Source: Candidatus Saccharimonadota bacterium (GTDB lineage: Bacteria; Pseudomonadota; Gammaproteobacteria; Enterobacterales; Enterobacteriaceae). Taken from it: a stretch of 32,000 bases of DNA. The notes beneath the pieces are model-generated. The model did not search any database. It was not told the origin of the DNA and saw nothing but the letters and a program-made list of their open reading frames with translations. Position numbers and translations under genes: made by a program. Positions 21,504-32,000 of this stretch are shown in pieces. Each line of letters begins with the position of its first letter. The first letter of the stretch is position 1. The DNA lies in contig NZ_CP097762.1 of NCBI RefSeq assembly GCF_023585745.1, positions 600,001 to 632,000 of the forward strand. The letters are read 5' to 3'.

Positions 21504-21576
21504 TGTCCCCTAGGGGCTTCGAACCCCTGTTGCCGCCGTGAAAGGGCAGTGTCCTAGACCTCTAGACGAAGGGGAC
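21504..21576 (-). tRNA. tRNA-Glu (UUC)
   Basis: rc = GTCCCCTTCGTCTAGAGGTCTAGGACACTGCCCTTTCACGGCGGCAACAGGGGTTCGAAGCCCCTAGGGGACA, near-identical to E. coli tRNA-Glu2. CCA is not encoded (TAA follows the discriminator A). Confidence 0.95.
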
Positions 21577-21685
21577 GTAAGCTCTCTAGCTTTACTACAT
21601 ATAGTGCTACTTACTACAAGAAAAACACAGTACTTTCCGGTATATTTTCATAATAATCATTAAAATTTATATAAAAATTACTGTA

Positions 21686-21707
21686 TTAAATAATTTATGT
21701 GAGCACT
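21686..21707 (-). promoter_or_regulatory. 3' half of the pre-16S processing stem
   Basis: 22 nt complementary to 23423-23444, with a single position that is a G.U wobble in the minus-strand RNA. Confidence 0.7.
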
Positions 21708-21730
21708 CTTACTCATATGTAATTAATAAT

Positions 21731-23314
<1,584 letters not shown>

Positions 23315-23422
23315 CAAAAAAATCTATCATCAATGTTACACACGAGTTATATCATATGATCATACAATATAACAAATGCATACATATTAAATAGTTTAGT
23401 ACATTACACTTATATGCGTTTA

Positions 23423-23444
23423 AGTGCCCACATAAATTATTTAA
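23423..23444 (-). promoter_or_regulatory. 5' half of the pre-16S processing stem
   Basis: Complement of 21686-21707. Confidence 0.7.
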
Positions 23445-23456
23445 ATAAAGACTTAA

Positions 23457-23469
23457 TTTTTAAAGAACT
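23457..23469 (-). promoter_or_regulatory. leader boxA-like element
   Basis: The minus strand reads AGTTCTTTAAAAA, 10/13 to TGCTCTTTAACAA. It sits between the candidate promoter and the 16S processing stem, the expected position. Confidence 0.4.
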
Positions 23470-23502
23470 GTTCTATGTATTATACAAACAACATAAAATT
23501 AA

Positions 23503-23531
23503 TTTTTATCATTAATTTTAATGTATGTCAA
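23503..23531 (-). promoter_or_regulatory. candidate rRNA operon promoter
   Basis: Minus strand TTGACA (23531..23526) - 17 nt - TAAAAA (23508..23503), about 180 nt upstream of mature 16S. Perfect -35 but poor -10; supported mainly by its position relative to boxA and the stem. Confidence 0.25.
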
Positions 23532-23599
23532 GAGTAATTTTATTTTATATTTAAAAAATTTAAGATAGGCTATCTGATAGAATTTTATTAATTTAAGAA

Positions 23600-23647
23600 T
23601 AACAACTATACTTAATACATAAGCCTATGTATTAAGTATAGTTGTTA
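23600..23647. repeat. perfect 22-bp inverted repeat with 4-nt loop; function unknown
   Basis: taacaactatacttaatacata / agcc / tatgtattaagtatagttgtta. It lies 66 bp upstream of the purH ATG and about 70 bp upstream of the candidate rrn -35. Confidence 0.9.
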
Positions 23648-23712
23648 CTATGTCATAGTATTATGTAAATATTTAATTATTAATTATAAATATAATATGT
23701 TATGAGGATTTT

Positions 23713-25353
23713 ATGATGAAATCGTTGTTATTTATTCGTCGTGCTTTAATAAGTGTTTTTGAAAAATCTAATGTTTTAAAATTTTCTCATTCTTTAAATC
23801 AAAAAGGTGTTCAATTGCTTGCAACCGGTGGTACAGCGCAAGTTTTATTAAATTTTGGTTTACCAGTATGTAAACTTACTGAATATACTAAAGCGCCAGA
23901 AATAATGAACGGACGCATTAAAACATTACATTACAAAATATTTGCTGGTATTCTTAGTAGACCAGCATTAGATAGTTCTATTATGCATGAAAATAATATT
24001 CAGCCTATTGATATGGTAGTAGTTAATTTTTATACTTTTAGTTCTTTATTTTTTAAAAAAAATAAATGTTCTGCTGAACAAATATTAGATTGCATTGATA
24101 TTGGTGGACCTAGCATGGTTAGGGCAGCAGCAAAGAATTATAAAAATGTAGTGGTCATAGTGGATAATAATGATTATAGCAGAGTTATAGAAGAATTAGA
24201 TGATAATCGTGGATCAATAAGTTTACAAACTCGTTTTTATTTAGCTACAAAAGCGTTTAAATATGTCGCTGCATATGATAGTGCAATTGCTGATTATTTT
24301 GATGCTCAAATAAAAAGTGATGTTTATATTCCAGTTGTAAATGGAAAAAATTTTGAAAAACAGTCTTGTGATGCTTTTCCGAAAGATTTAAATATTATGA
24401 ATATTAAATTTAAGAAAAAACAAAATATGCGTTACGGAGAAAATCCACATCAATACTCTGCATTATATGTAGTAGATTTGGAGCAGCGTACTGGATCTGT
24501 AACTACCACTCGACAATTGCAAGGAAAACCGTTATCTTATAATAATATTATTGATGTAGATACAGCTTTGGAATGTGTGAAACTATTTGATCAGCCGACT
24601 TGTGTCATTATAAAACACGCAAATCCCTGTGGTGTTGCTACATCAGATACAACATGTGATGCTTATATGAAGGCTTATCAATCAGATCCCGTTTCTGCTT
24701 TTGGTGGAGTTATTGCATTTAATAGGGATTTAGATGGAACCACAGCACAAATGATTTTAGAAAATCAATTTGTAGAAGTGATTGTTGCTCCAAATATTCA
24801 TGTAAATTGCATTGAAATTTTGTCTAAAAAACAATTAATACGAGTTTTGGAATGTGGGATGTTAGGTTTTAGTGAAAAATTTGTAGATTTTAAGCGAGTT
24901 AATGGTGGATTGTTAGTACAGAATTATAATAATTCTATTTTAAATATAAAAAATTTAGAAGTAGTGACTTTACGTCAACCAACATCTGCAGAAATTAAAG
25001 ATGCTTTATTTTGTTGGAAAGTAGTTAAATTTGTTAAGTCTAACGCAGTTGTTTGTGGTAAAAATTGTCAGACTATTGGTATTGGTGCAGGGCAGATGAG
25101 TCGGGTATCTGCGGTTAAAATAGTTAATGATTGTGTTAATAACAACGGGGTTTTATTAAATGAACACAAAGAATTAGTTATGGCTTCTGATGCGTTTTTC
25201 CCTTTTTCTGATGTAATACATATTGCTTTTCAGATGGGTGTTAGTTGTATTATCCAACCAGGAGGTTCTATTAGAGATAAAGAAATTATTAAAATTGCTG
25301 ATAAATACAATATTTCGATGATTTTTACGCATATGCGGCATTTTAGACATTAA
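23713..25353 (+). CDS. purH: bifunctional AICAR formyltransferase / IMP cyclohydrolase
   Basis: 546 aa; MRYGENPHQ, IIKHANPCG, GAGQMSRV, C-terminus MRHFRH identical to E. coli. GAGGA SD. Confidence 0.93.
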   Translation: MMKSLLFIRRALISVFEKSNVLKFSHSLNQKGVQLLATGGTAQVLLNFGLPVCKLTEYTKAPEIMNGRIKTLHYKIFAGILSRPALDSSIMHENNIQPIDMVVVNFYTFSSLFFKKNKCSAEQILDCIDIGGPSMVRAAAKNYKNVVVIVDNNDYSRVIEELDDNRGSISLQTRFYLATKAFKYVAAYDSAIADYFDAQIKSDVYIPVVNGKNFEKQSCDAFPKDLNIMNIKFKKKQNMRYGENPHQYSALYVVDLEQRTGSVTTTRQLQGKPLSYNNIIDVDTALECVKLFDQPTCVIIKHANPCGVATSDTTCDAYMKAYQSDPVSAFGGVIAFNRDLDGTTAQMILENQFVEVIVAPNIHVNCIEILSKKQLIRVLECGMLGFSEKFVDFKRVNGGLLVQNYNNSILNIKNLEVVTLRQPTSAEIKDALFCWKVVKFVKSNAVVCGKNCQTIGIGAGQMSRVSAVKIVNDCVNNNGVLLNEHKELVMASDAFFPFSDVIHIAFQMGVSCIIQPGGSIRDKEIIKIADKYNISMIFTHMRHFRH

Positions 25354-25686
25354 TTATATGGAAAATGATATGATTATTGATAAAAACGCAGCTCTTTGGT
25401 TATAGACTAAGGATTAATTTGTTTATTTAAAGTTAATATTGTCAAGGATTAAATATTTATTATAATATTGTATATTACGTAACTTTTATTATAAGTAAAT
25501 TATATAATTTATCGAAAAAATTCATTGTTTATGTGTAATGAACGTGCTTCATTATTATTTGGGATGTAATTTAAATTTTACTAGAGTCATCTAGTGAATT
25601 TTTATAATTGTAAAAGTAATATATTTTATATATAAATATTTTTGCATTTAATGTAACCTATACATGGTTGGTATAAATATATTTAT

Positions 25687-28600
25687 TTAAGTTTTATTGA
25701 CTGACGTTTCTTTTATATGTTGTGCATTTAACAATTCAGCTAGGTTAGCAGATGCTTCGTCTGCGGTTATTTGTGTAGATATATTTTTTGTATTAGTAGA
25801 TTTATTGGAAGAGTAAAATTGATGTTGTTTAACAGTACTAGTTTTAAAATTATTAGCATTATTATTTTTACGACGTTGAAGTTGATTATGTATACGCTCT
25901 TGATGATAAGAGTATCCAGTTCCTGCTGGGATTAATCTTCCAACGATTACATTCTCTTTGAGACCACGTAATTCGTCTTTTTTTCCAGCTACGGATGATT
26001 CGGTGAGTACACGTGTAGTTTCTTGAAAAGATGCTGCAGAAATGAATGATTCTGTAGTGAGCGATGCTTTAGTAATACCTAGTAAATTACGTACAAAGCG
26101 TATTTTTGTTTTTCTTTCTTTTTCTAATTGTCTATTAGCAATTTTTATACGCGCGTATTCTATTTGTTCTCCTGCAAGAAAATCAGAATCTCCTGATTGG
26201 ATAATAGTAGCTTTACGTAACATTTGACGTACGATAACTTCTATATGTTTATCGTTAATTTTTACCCCTTGTAAACGATATACCGCTTGTACTTCATTAA
26301 CGATATATTGCGTGACTTCATGGACTCCACGCAACCTTAATATATCATGCGGAGATTCTGGACCGTCTGAAATAATATCACCTTTGTCTACATATTCACC
26401 TTCAAAAACATTAAGGTGTCTCCATTTTGGCACCATTTCTTCGTAAGTATCTTCATTATTATTAATAGGAACGATCATTAAACGACGTTTACCCTTAGTC
26501 TCCTTTCCAAAGGAGATAACTCCACTAATTTCTGCTAGAATCGCTGATTCTTTTGGTCGCCTTGCCTCAAATAAGTCAGCAACACGTGGTAATCCTCCAG
26601 TGATATCTTTGGTTCCGCTATGTTCATGTGGTAATCTTGCTAATGTATCTCCACATATGATTCTAGAACCATCAATTAATTGAATCACACTTTTTCCAGG
26701 TAAAAAATACTGTACTGGAACTTCTGTTCCTGGAAGACAAATGTCATAACCATTGATATCTACTATTTTTAGAGTTGGTCTTAAGTCTTTAGCGCCAATC
26801 ATTCTTTCAACTGTATCTAAAACTACTATAGAAGTTAACCCTGTTAATTCATCAGTTTGTTTAATAACACTTTGTCCATCTATCATATCAACAAACCGGA
26901 CAAATCCGCTAACTTCTGCTACTATTGGTATAGTATGTGGATCCCAATAAGCCACTATTTCTCCATGTGTTACTTCTTCTCCATTTTTTTTATTTATTAT
27001 GGCGCCATAAGGTATTTTATAACTTTCTTTGGTACGGGATAATTGATCTATAATTTTTAGTTCTGTATTACGTGATGTAATTACTAATTTTCCATCGCCA
27101 TTTACTACAGATTTAACATTTTTTAAATGAATAATGCCTCGATTTTTTATTTTAATGTTTGATTCTAAAGCAGATCTAGATGCAGCTCCTCCTATATGGA
27201 AAGTGCGCATGGTTAGTTGGGTTCCTGGCTCACCTATAGATTGTGCGGCGATTACACCAATGGCTTCGCCTTTGTTGACAAGATGGCCGCGAGCTAGATC
27301 TCTTCCATAACATTTGGTGCATACACCAAAATCAGTGTCACAGGTGACCACAGATCTGACTGTTACAGTATCAATGGAATATTGATCTATAATATCGCAC
27401 CAGTGTTCATCTAGTAATGTATTGCGGGGTATTAATATTGTGTCATTATTTTTTTGATGCGATTCTAATAATATATCTTCTGCTGTAACTCGTCCTAATA
27501 CTCGTTCTCTTAAAGGTTCCTTGACATCTCCTCCTTCAATTATGGGGCTTATTGTTATTCCAGATAATGTATTACAATCGTCTTGAGTAATAACTAAATC
27601 CTGTGCTACGTCCACTAGACGGCGTGTGAGATAACCAGAATTCGCTGTTTTTAAAGCAGTGTCAGCTAAGCCTTTACGTGCTCCATGTGTAGATATAAAG
27701 TATTGTAGCACGTTTAATCCTTCTCGGAAATTTGCAGTTATAGGGGTTTCAATAATTGATCCATCTGGTTTTGCCATCAAACCTCTCATACCTGCAAGTT
27801 GACGTATTTGTGCTGCTGAACCGCGTGCTCCTGAATCTGCCATCATAAAAATGTTATTGAATGATGCTTGTGATTCAATTTGATTGTTACGGTCTATTAC
27901 AGTTTCAATAGCTAAGTTATCCATCATTGCTTGTGCAACGCGTTCATTAGCTGCAGCCCAAATGTCTATAACTTTATTATAACGTTCACCTGCAGTGACT
28001 AATCCAGTTTGAAATTGTTCTTGTATTTCGGCAACTTCAGATTCTGCTTCTTTTATAATATTAGCCTTTTTTTTAGGTATAATCATGTCATCAATACCTA
28101 CAGACGCTCCAGAACGAGCTGCATAAGCAAAACCAGTATACATGATGTTGTCAGCTAGTATTACCGTGGCTTGTAATCCTAAAGTTCTGTAGCAATTATT
28201 TAACATGTCGGATATGGCTTTTTTACCAAGTACTTGATTAACTAATGTAAATGGCAGCCCCCTAGGTATTATCATCCAAAATATAGCACGTCCTATTGTG
28301 CTGTTTATAATGTTTGTGTGTTTCAATAGTTCTTTTGTGTTTTTGTTGTATTTATATTCAGTAATACGTATTTTTATACGTGCGTGTAGGTCAGCTAAAC
28401 CTAAATTATATAAATATTCCGCCTCCTTTGGCCCCGTTAATATCATACCTTCACCTTTAGCGTTAGTACGTTCTCGAGTCATATAGTATAATCCTAATAC
28501 TACATCTTGAGATGGAACAATAATCGGTTCCCCATTAGCAGGGGATAAAATGTTATTAGTAGACATCATAAGAGCTCTGGCTTCTAATTGTGCTTCTAGC

Positions 28601-30021
28601 GTCAATGGAACGTGCACAGCCATTTGATCACCGTCAAAGTCAGCGTTGTATGCAGCGCATACTAATGGGTGTAATTGAATGGCTTTTCCTTCGACCAATA
28701 TAGGTTCAAATGCTTGAATACCTAATCTGTGTAATGTAGGCGCGCGATTTAGCATAACTGGATGTTCTCGAATTACGTTATCAAGAATATCCCAGACTAT
28801 TGCTTCTTCTTTGTCTACCATTTTTTTTGCCGCTTTTATAGTACTGGCAAAACCTTGTAATTCTAATTTTCCGTAAATAAATGGTTTGAATAATTCTAAC
28901 GCCATTTTTTTAGGTAATCCACATTGGTTTAATTTTAGGTAAGGTCCTACAGTAATCACAGAGCGGCCAGAATAATCAACACGTTTCCCTAGAAGATTTT
29001 GACGAAATCTACCTTGTTTTCCTTTAATCATATCAGCTAGAGATTTTAAAGGTCTTTTATTAGATCCTGTAATGGCGCGACCTCTGCGTCCATTATCTAA
29101 AAGCGCATCAACTGCTTCTTGTAACATTCTTTTTTCGTTACGTACTATAATTTCTGGGGCAGTTAGATCTAGCAGTCTTTTTAATCTATTGTTTCTATTA
29201 ATAACACGTCGATATAAGTCATTTAGATCTGAAGTAGCAAAACGACCTCCATCTAGCGGAACTAATGGTCGTAAATCTGGGGGTAGAACTGGTAAGACGT
29301 TTAAAATCATCCATTCAGGTTTATTTGCAGAGTGTATAAATGATTCTATCAATTTTATACGTTTTGTAATTTTTTTTCGTTTAGTTTCAGAATTACTATC
29401 ATTTAGTATTGTTCGAAGATATTTACATTCACTTTTTAAGTGTATGTTTTTTAATAAAATTTGAATGGCTTCAGCTCCCATTTTTGCTTCAAATTCATCT
29501 CCGAATTCTTCTAATGCATCTAAGTATTCTTCTTCAGTTAAAATTTGGCGACACTCGAGGTTGGTCATACCACTTTCAATTACTACATAAGATTCAAAGT
29601 ATAAAACACGTTCTATATCGCGTAAAGGCATGTCTAATAATAAACCAATACGTGATGGTAATGATTTTAAAAACCAAATGTGAGCGGTAGGAGAGGCTAG
29701 TTCTATATGTCCCATGCGTTCACGTCTTACTTTACTTTGTGTTACTTCTACTCCACATTTTTCACATACTACACCGCGATGCTTTAAACGTTTATATTTG
29801 CCGCATAGACATTCAAAATCTTTAATTGGTCCAAAAATACGTGCGCAAAATAAACCATCTCTTTCAGGTTTAAAAGTACGATAATTGATAGTTTCTGGTT
29901 TTTTTACTTCTCCGAAGGACCAGGATTTAATCATATCTGGAGAAGCAAGTTCTATTTTGATTGAGTTAAATTCTTCTATTTGAGTATTTTGAGTTTTAAA
30001 AAATTTTAATAAATCTTTCAC
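25687..30021 (-). CDS. rpoC: RNA polymerase beta' subunit
   Basis: 1444 aa, GTG start. Zn-binding [23 protein letters not shown], catalytic NADFDGD; colinear with E. coli RpoC (1407 aa). Confidence 0.98.
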   Translation of the reverse strand: MKDLLKFFKTQNTQIEEFNSIKIELASPDMIKSWSFGEVKKPETINYRTFKPERDGLFCARIFGPIKDFECLCGKYKRLKHRGVVCEKCGVEVTQSKVRRERMGHIELASPTAHIWFLKSLPSRIGLLLDMPLRDIERVLYFESYVVIESGMTNLECRQILTEEEYLDALEEFGDEFEAKMGAEAIQILLKNIHLKSECKYLRTILNDSNSETKRKKITKRIKLIESFIHSANKPEWMILNVLPVLPPDLRPLVPLDGGRFATSDLNDLYRRVINRNNRLKRLLDLTAPEIIVRNEKRMLQEAVDALLDNGRRGRAITGSNKRPLKSLADMIKGKQGRFRQNLLGKRVDYSGRSVITVGPYLKLNQCGLPKKMALELFKPFIYGKLELQGFASTIKAAKKMVDKEEAIVWDILDNVIREHPVMLNRAPTLHRLGIQAFEPILVEGKAIQLHPLVCAAYNADFDGDQMAVHVPLTLEAQLEARALMMSTNNILSPANGEPIIVPSQDVVLGLYYMTRERTNAKGEGMILTGPKEAEYLYNLGLADLHARIKIRITEYKYNKNTKELLKHTNIINSTIGRAIFWMIIPRGLPFTLVNQVLGKKAISDMLNNCYRTLGLQATVILADNIMYTGFAYAARSGASVGIDDMIIPKKKANIIKEAESEVAEIQEQFQTGLVTAGERYNKVIDIWAAANERVAQAMMDNLAIETVIDRNNQIESQASFNNIFMMADSGARGSAAQIRQLAGMRGLMAKPDGSIIETPITANFREGLNVLQYFISTHGARKGLADTALKTANSGYLTRRLVDVAQDLVITQDDCNTLSGITISPIIEGGDVKEPLRERVLGRVTAEDILLESHQKNNDTILIPRNTLLDEHWCDIIDQYSIDTVTVRSVVTCDTDFGVCTKCYGRDLARGHLVNKGEAIGVIAAQSIGEPGTQLTMRTFHIGGAASRSALESNIKIKNRGIIHLKNVKSVVNGDGKLVITSRNTELKIIDQLSRTKESYKIPYGAIINKKNGEEVTHGEIVAYWDPHTIPIVAEVSGFVRFVDMIDGQSVIKQTDELTGLTSIVVLDTVERMIGAKDLRPTLKIVDINGYDICLPGTEVPVQYFLPGKSVIQLIDGSRIICGDTLARLPHEHSGTKDITGGLPRVADLFEARRPKESAILAEISGVISFGKETKGKRRLMIVPINNNEDTYEEMVPKWRHLNVFEGEYVDKGDIISDGPESPHDILRLRGVHEVTQYIVNEVQAVYRLQGVKINDKHIEVIVRQMLRKATIIQSGDSDFLAGEQIEYARIKIANRQLEKERKTKIRFVRNLLGITKASLTTESFISAASFQETTRVLTESSVAGKKDELRGLKENVIVGRLIPAGTGYSYHQERIHNQLQRRKNNNANNFKTSTVKQHQFYSSNKSTNTKNISTQITADEASANLAELLNAQHIKETSVNKT

Positions 30022-30104
30022 AGACTAGCCTTTATTAGAGTAAATATAATTATATTTGTGTATAAAATATTCTGTTTAAAATAGCAGGTACGTTAATTGT
30101 ACTA

Positions 30105-32000
30105 CTAATCTTCTAATTCTATGTTTATTCCTAACGATCGAATTTCTTTTAATAGGACGTTAAAAGATTCTGGCATTCCAGGATCCATAGTATGATTTCC
30201 TTCAATAATGTTTTTATACATTTTAGTGCGTCCGGTAACGTCATCTGATTTTACAGTGAGCATTTCCTGTAATGTGTAAGATGCTCCATAGGCTTCTAGC
30301 GCCCACACTTCCATTTCCCCAAACCGTTGTCCACCAAACTGTGCTTTTCCCCCTAATGGTTGTTGAGTTACTAAACTATAAGAGCCTGTGGATCGCGCAT
30401 GCATTTTATCATCTACTAAATGATTTAATTTTAGCATATACATATAACCTACAGTCACTTGTCTTTCAAAAGCTTCTCCTGTGCATCCATCAAAGAGTGT
30501 TATTTGACCAGAAATAGGTAGTTCAGCTAATTTTAAAAGATCCTTAATTTCTTTTTCTGTAGCGCCATCAAATACTGGTGTAGCTATAGGGAGGCCTTGT
30601 TTTAAATTTTCAGCGAGCTTCAGTATGTCTTCATCTGATAATGCATTAAGATTTACGTTTTGTCGTGATCCTGCTCCTATATCATAAGCCTTTTGCATAA
30701 ATTTTCTTAATTTATCAATTTTTTTTTGTTGTTCTAGCATAGAATGGATTTTATTCCCAATACCTTTTGCTGCCATACCTAGATGAGTCTCTAAAATTTG
30801 CCCAATATTCATACGAGATGGGACTCCAAGTGGATTAAGCACTATATCTACAGGCACTCCGTATTGGTCATATGGCATATCTTCTATTGGATTAATTTTA
30901 GAAATAACCCCTTTATTTCCATGTCGTCCAGCCATTTTATCTCCGGGCTGTATTTGTCGTTTAACAGCGAGATATACTTTAACTATCTTGAGTATACCAG
31001 GTGCTAGTTCATCTCCTTGGGTAATTTTACGTTCTTGAGCTTCCATCTTTTTTTTGAAGATGTTTTTTAGATTAGTATATTGTTTTGAAAATTGAGACAA
31101 TTGTTGTTGTGTATTTTTGTTAGGAACTATGAAATTAAACCAATTGTTTCTATTAGTTATTGATAATTGATCTTTTGTAATTCCACTATTTATTAATATA
31201 TCATAAACTCTATTAAATAATACTATTTCGAAAATTTGTAGTTCTTCATTTAAATCTTTTTTAATTTGTTCTATTTTTGCGGTTTCAATAATTAATGAAC
31301 GTTTATCTTTATTTATGCCATCTCTGGTAAATATTTGTATATCAATTACAGTTCCACATACTCCATTAGGAACACGTAAGGATGAATCTTTGACATCGGA
31401 AGCTTTTTCCCCGAATATAGCGCGCAATAATTTTTCTTCTGGTGTTAGTTGTGTTTCTCCTTTGGGGGTAACTTTTCCGACTAGTATGTCTCCTCCTGTT
31501 ACTTCTGCTCCTATATAAATTATTCCTGATTCATCTAATTTAGATAAAGCTGTCTCTCCTATATTTGGAATATCAGAGGTAATTTCTTCTGGTCCTAATT
31601 TAGTATCACGTGATATACAAGTTAATTCTTGTATATGTATACTTGTAAATCTGTCGTCTTGAACAACACGTTCTGAAACTAGCATAGAATCTTCAAAATT
31701 ATATCCGTTCCAAGGCATAAAGGCGATTCGCATATTTTGTCCCAAGGCTAACTCTCCTAAATCTGTAGACGGGCCATCCGCTATGACATCACCTTGTTTT
31801 ACTATTTCTCCCAAAGAAACACATGGTTTTTGATTAATGCAGGTATTTTGATTAGATCTAGTATATTTAGTTAAGTGATATATATCCACGCCTGATTCGT
31901 TGTTATGTGTCTCGCAGTTATTTACGTGAATTACGATACGTGATGCATCTACGTATTTAATAGTGCCACCGCGTTTCGCTATTACAGTTACACCAGAATC
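30105..32000 (-). CDS. rpoB: RNA polymerase beta subunit, C-terminal 631 codons (5' end beyond the window)
   Basis: The frame is open from 32000 ([24 protein letters not shown]...) through [13 protein letters not shown] to ...[12 protein letters not shown]. The 'M' at 31889 in the track is an internal GTG. Confidence 0.98.
   Translation of the reverse strand, partial: DSGVTVIAKRGGTIKYVDASRIVIHVNNCETHNNESGVDIYHLTKYTRSNQNTCINQKPCVSLGEIVKQGDVIADGPSTDLGELALGQNMRIAFMPWNGYNFEDSMLVSERVVQDDRFTSIHIQELTCISRDTKLGPEEITSDIPNIGETALSKLDESGIIYIGAEVTGGDILVGKVTPKGETQLTPEEKLLRAIFGEKASDVKDSSLRVPNGVCGTVIDIQIFTRDGINKDKRSLIIETAKIEQIKKDLNEELQIFEIVLFNRVYDILINSGITKDQLSITNRNNWFNFIVPNKNTQQQLSQFSKQYTNLKNIFKKKMEAQERKITQGDELAPGILKIVKVYLAVKRQIQPGDKMAGRHGNKGVISKINPIEDMPYDQYGVPVDIVLNPLGVPSRMNIGQILETHLGMAAKGIGNKIHSMLEQQKKIDKLRKFMQKAYDIGAGSRQNVNLNALSDEDILKLAENLKQGLPIATPVFDGATEKEIKDLLKLAELPISGQITLFDGCTGEAFERQVTVGYMYMLKLNHLVDDKMHARSTGSYSLVTQQPLGGKAQFGGQRFGEMEVWALEAYGASYTLQEMLTVKSDDVTGRTKMYKNIIEGNHTMDPGMPESFNVLLKEIRSLGINIELED

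Noticed and set aside
23702-23716. A 4-codon mini-ORF (ATG AGG ATT TTA TGA) overlapping the purH start, as a possible leader peptide.
   Set aside because: Its AGG-A bases are simply the purH Shine-Dalgarno (GAGGA). It has no SD of its own and is too short to support.

Overview
This is an AT-rich, gene-dense chromosomal segment with no mobile elements. It looks like a reduced-genome, Enterobacterales-derived insect endosymbiont (Buchnera/Blochmannia/Wigglesworthia-like); I cannot fix the taxon by eye. Every long ORF is a recognisable housekeeping gene. From E. coli K-12 as I remember it, order and strand are colinear for rlmN'-ndk-iscS-suhB-glyA-tadA-acpS-pdxJ-rnc-lepB-lepA-ung. This is followed by grpE-nadK-bamE-ratA-smpB-ssrA, a small SMR transporter and pssA. 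Then come one minus-strand rRNA operon (16S-tRNAGlu-23S, no 5S), purH, and rpoC-rpoB' running off the right edge. I see no CRISPR array, IS/transposase, integrase, prophage, defence-like cluster or unexplained long ORF, so I do not think this window holds a novel multi-gene system. What deserves a second look is at the single-gene or RNA level. (1) The SuhB orthologue has lost the acidic metal-ligand motifs of the inositol monophosphatase family but is otherwise intact. (2) ung is broken by a 1-nt frameshift inside a T10 tract. (3) The rRNA operon has no 5S gene, carries an AT-rich insertion of about 114 nt at 23S helix 45 (the classical IVS site) and a 34-nt insertion in a 16S hairpin. It still keeps the promoter/boxA/RNase III-stem architecture. 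(4) RNase III has Asn at the position of E. coli metal ligand D114. (5) era, recO and recN are missing from their ancestral slots, and iscS and purH are 'orphans' of their operons. (6) A perfect 22-bp palindrome lies between the rrn promoter region and purH. (7) A short sequence element is shared by the 5' ends of rnc, pdxJ and grpE. All comparisons to E. coli proteins, RNAs and map order are from memory and by-eye alignment, not database searches.
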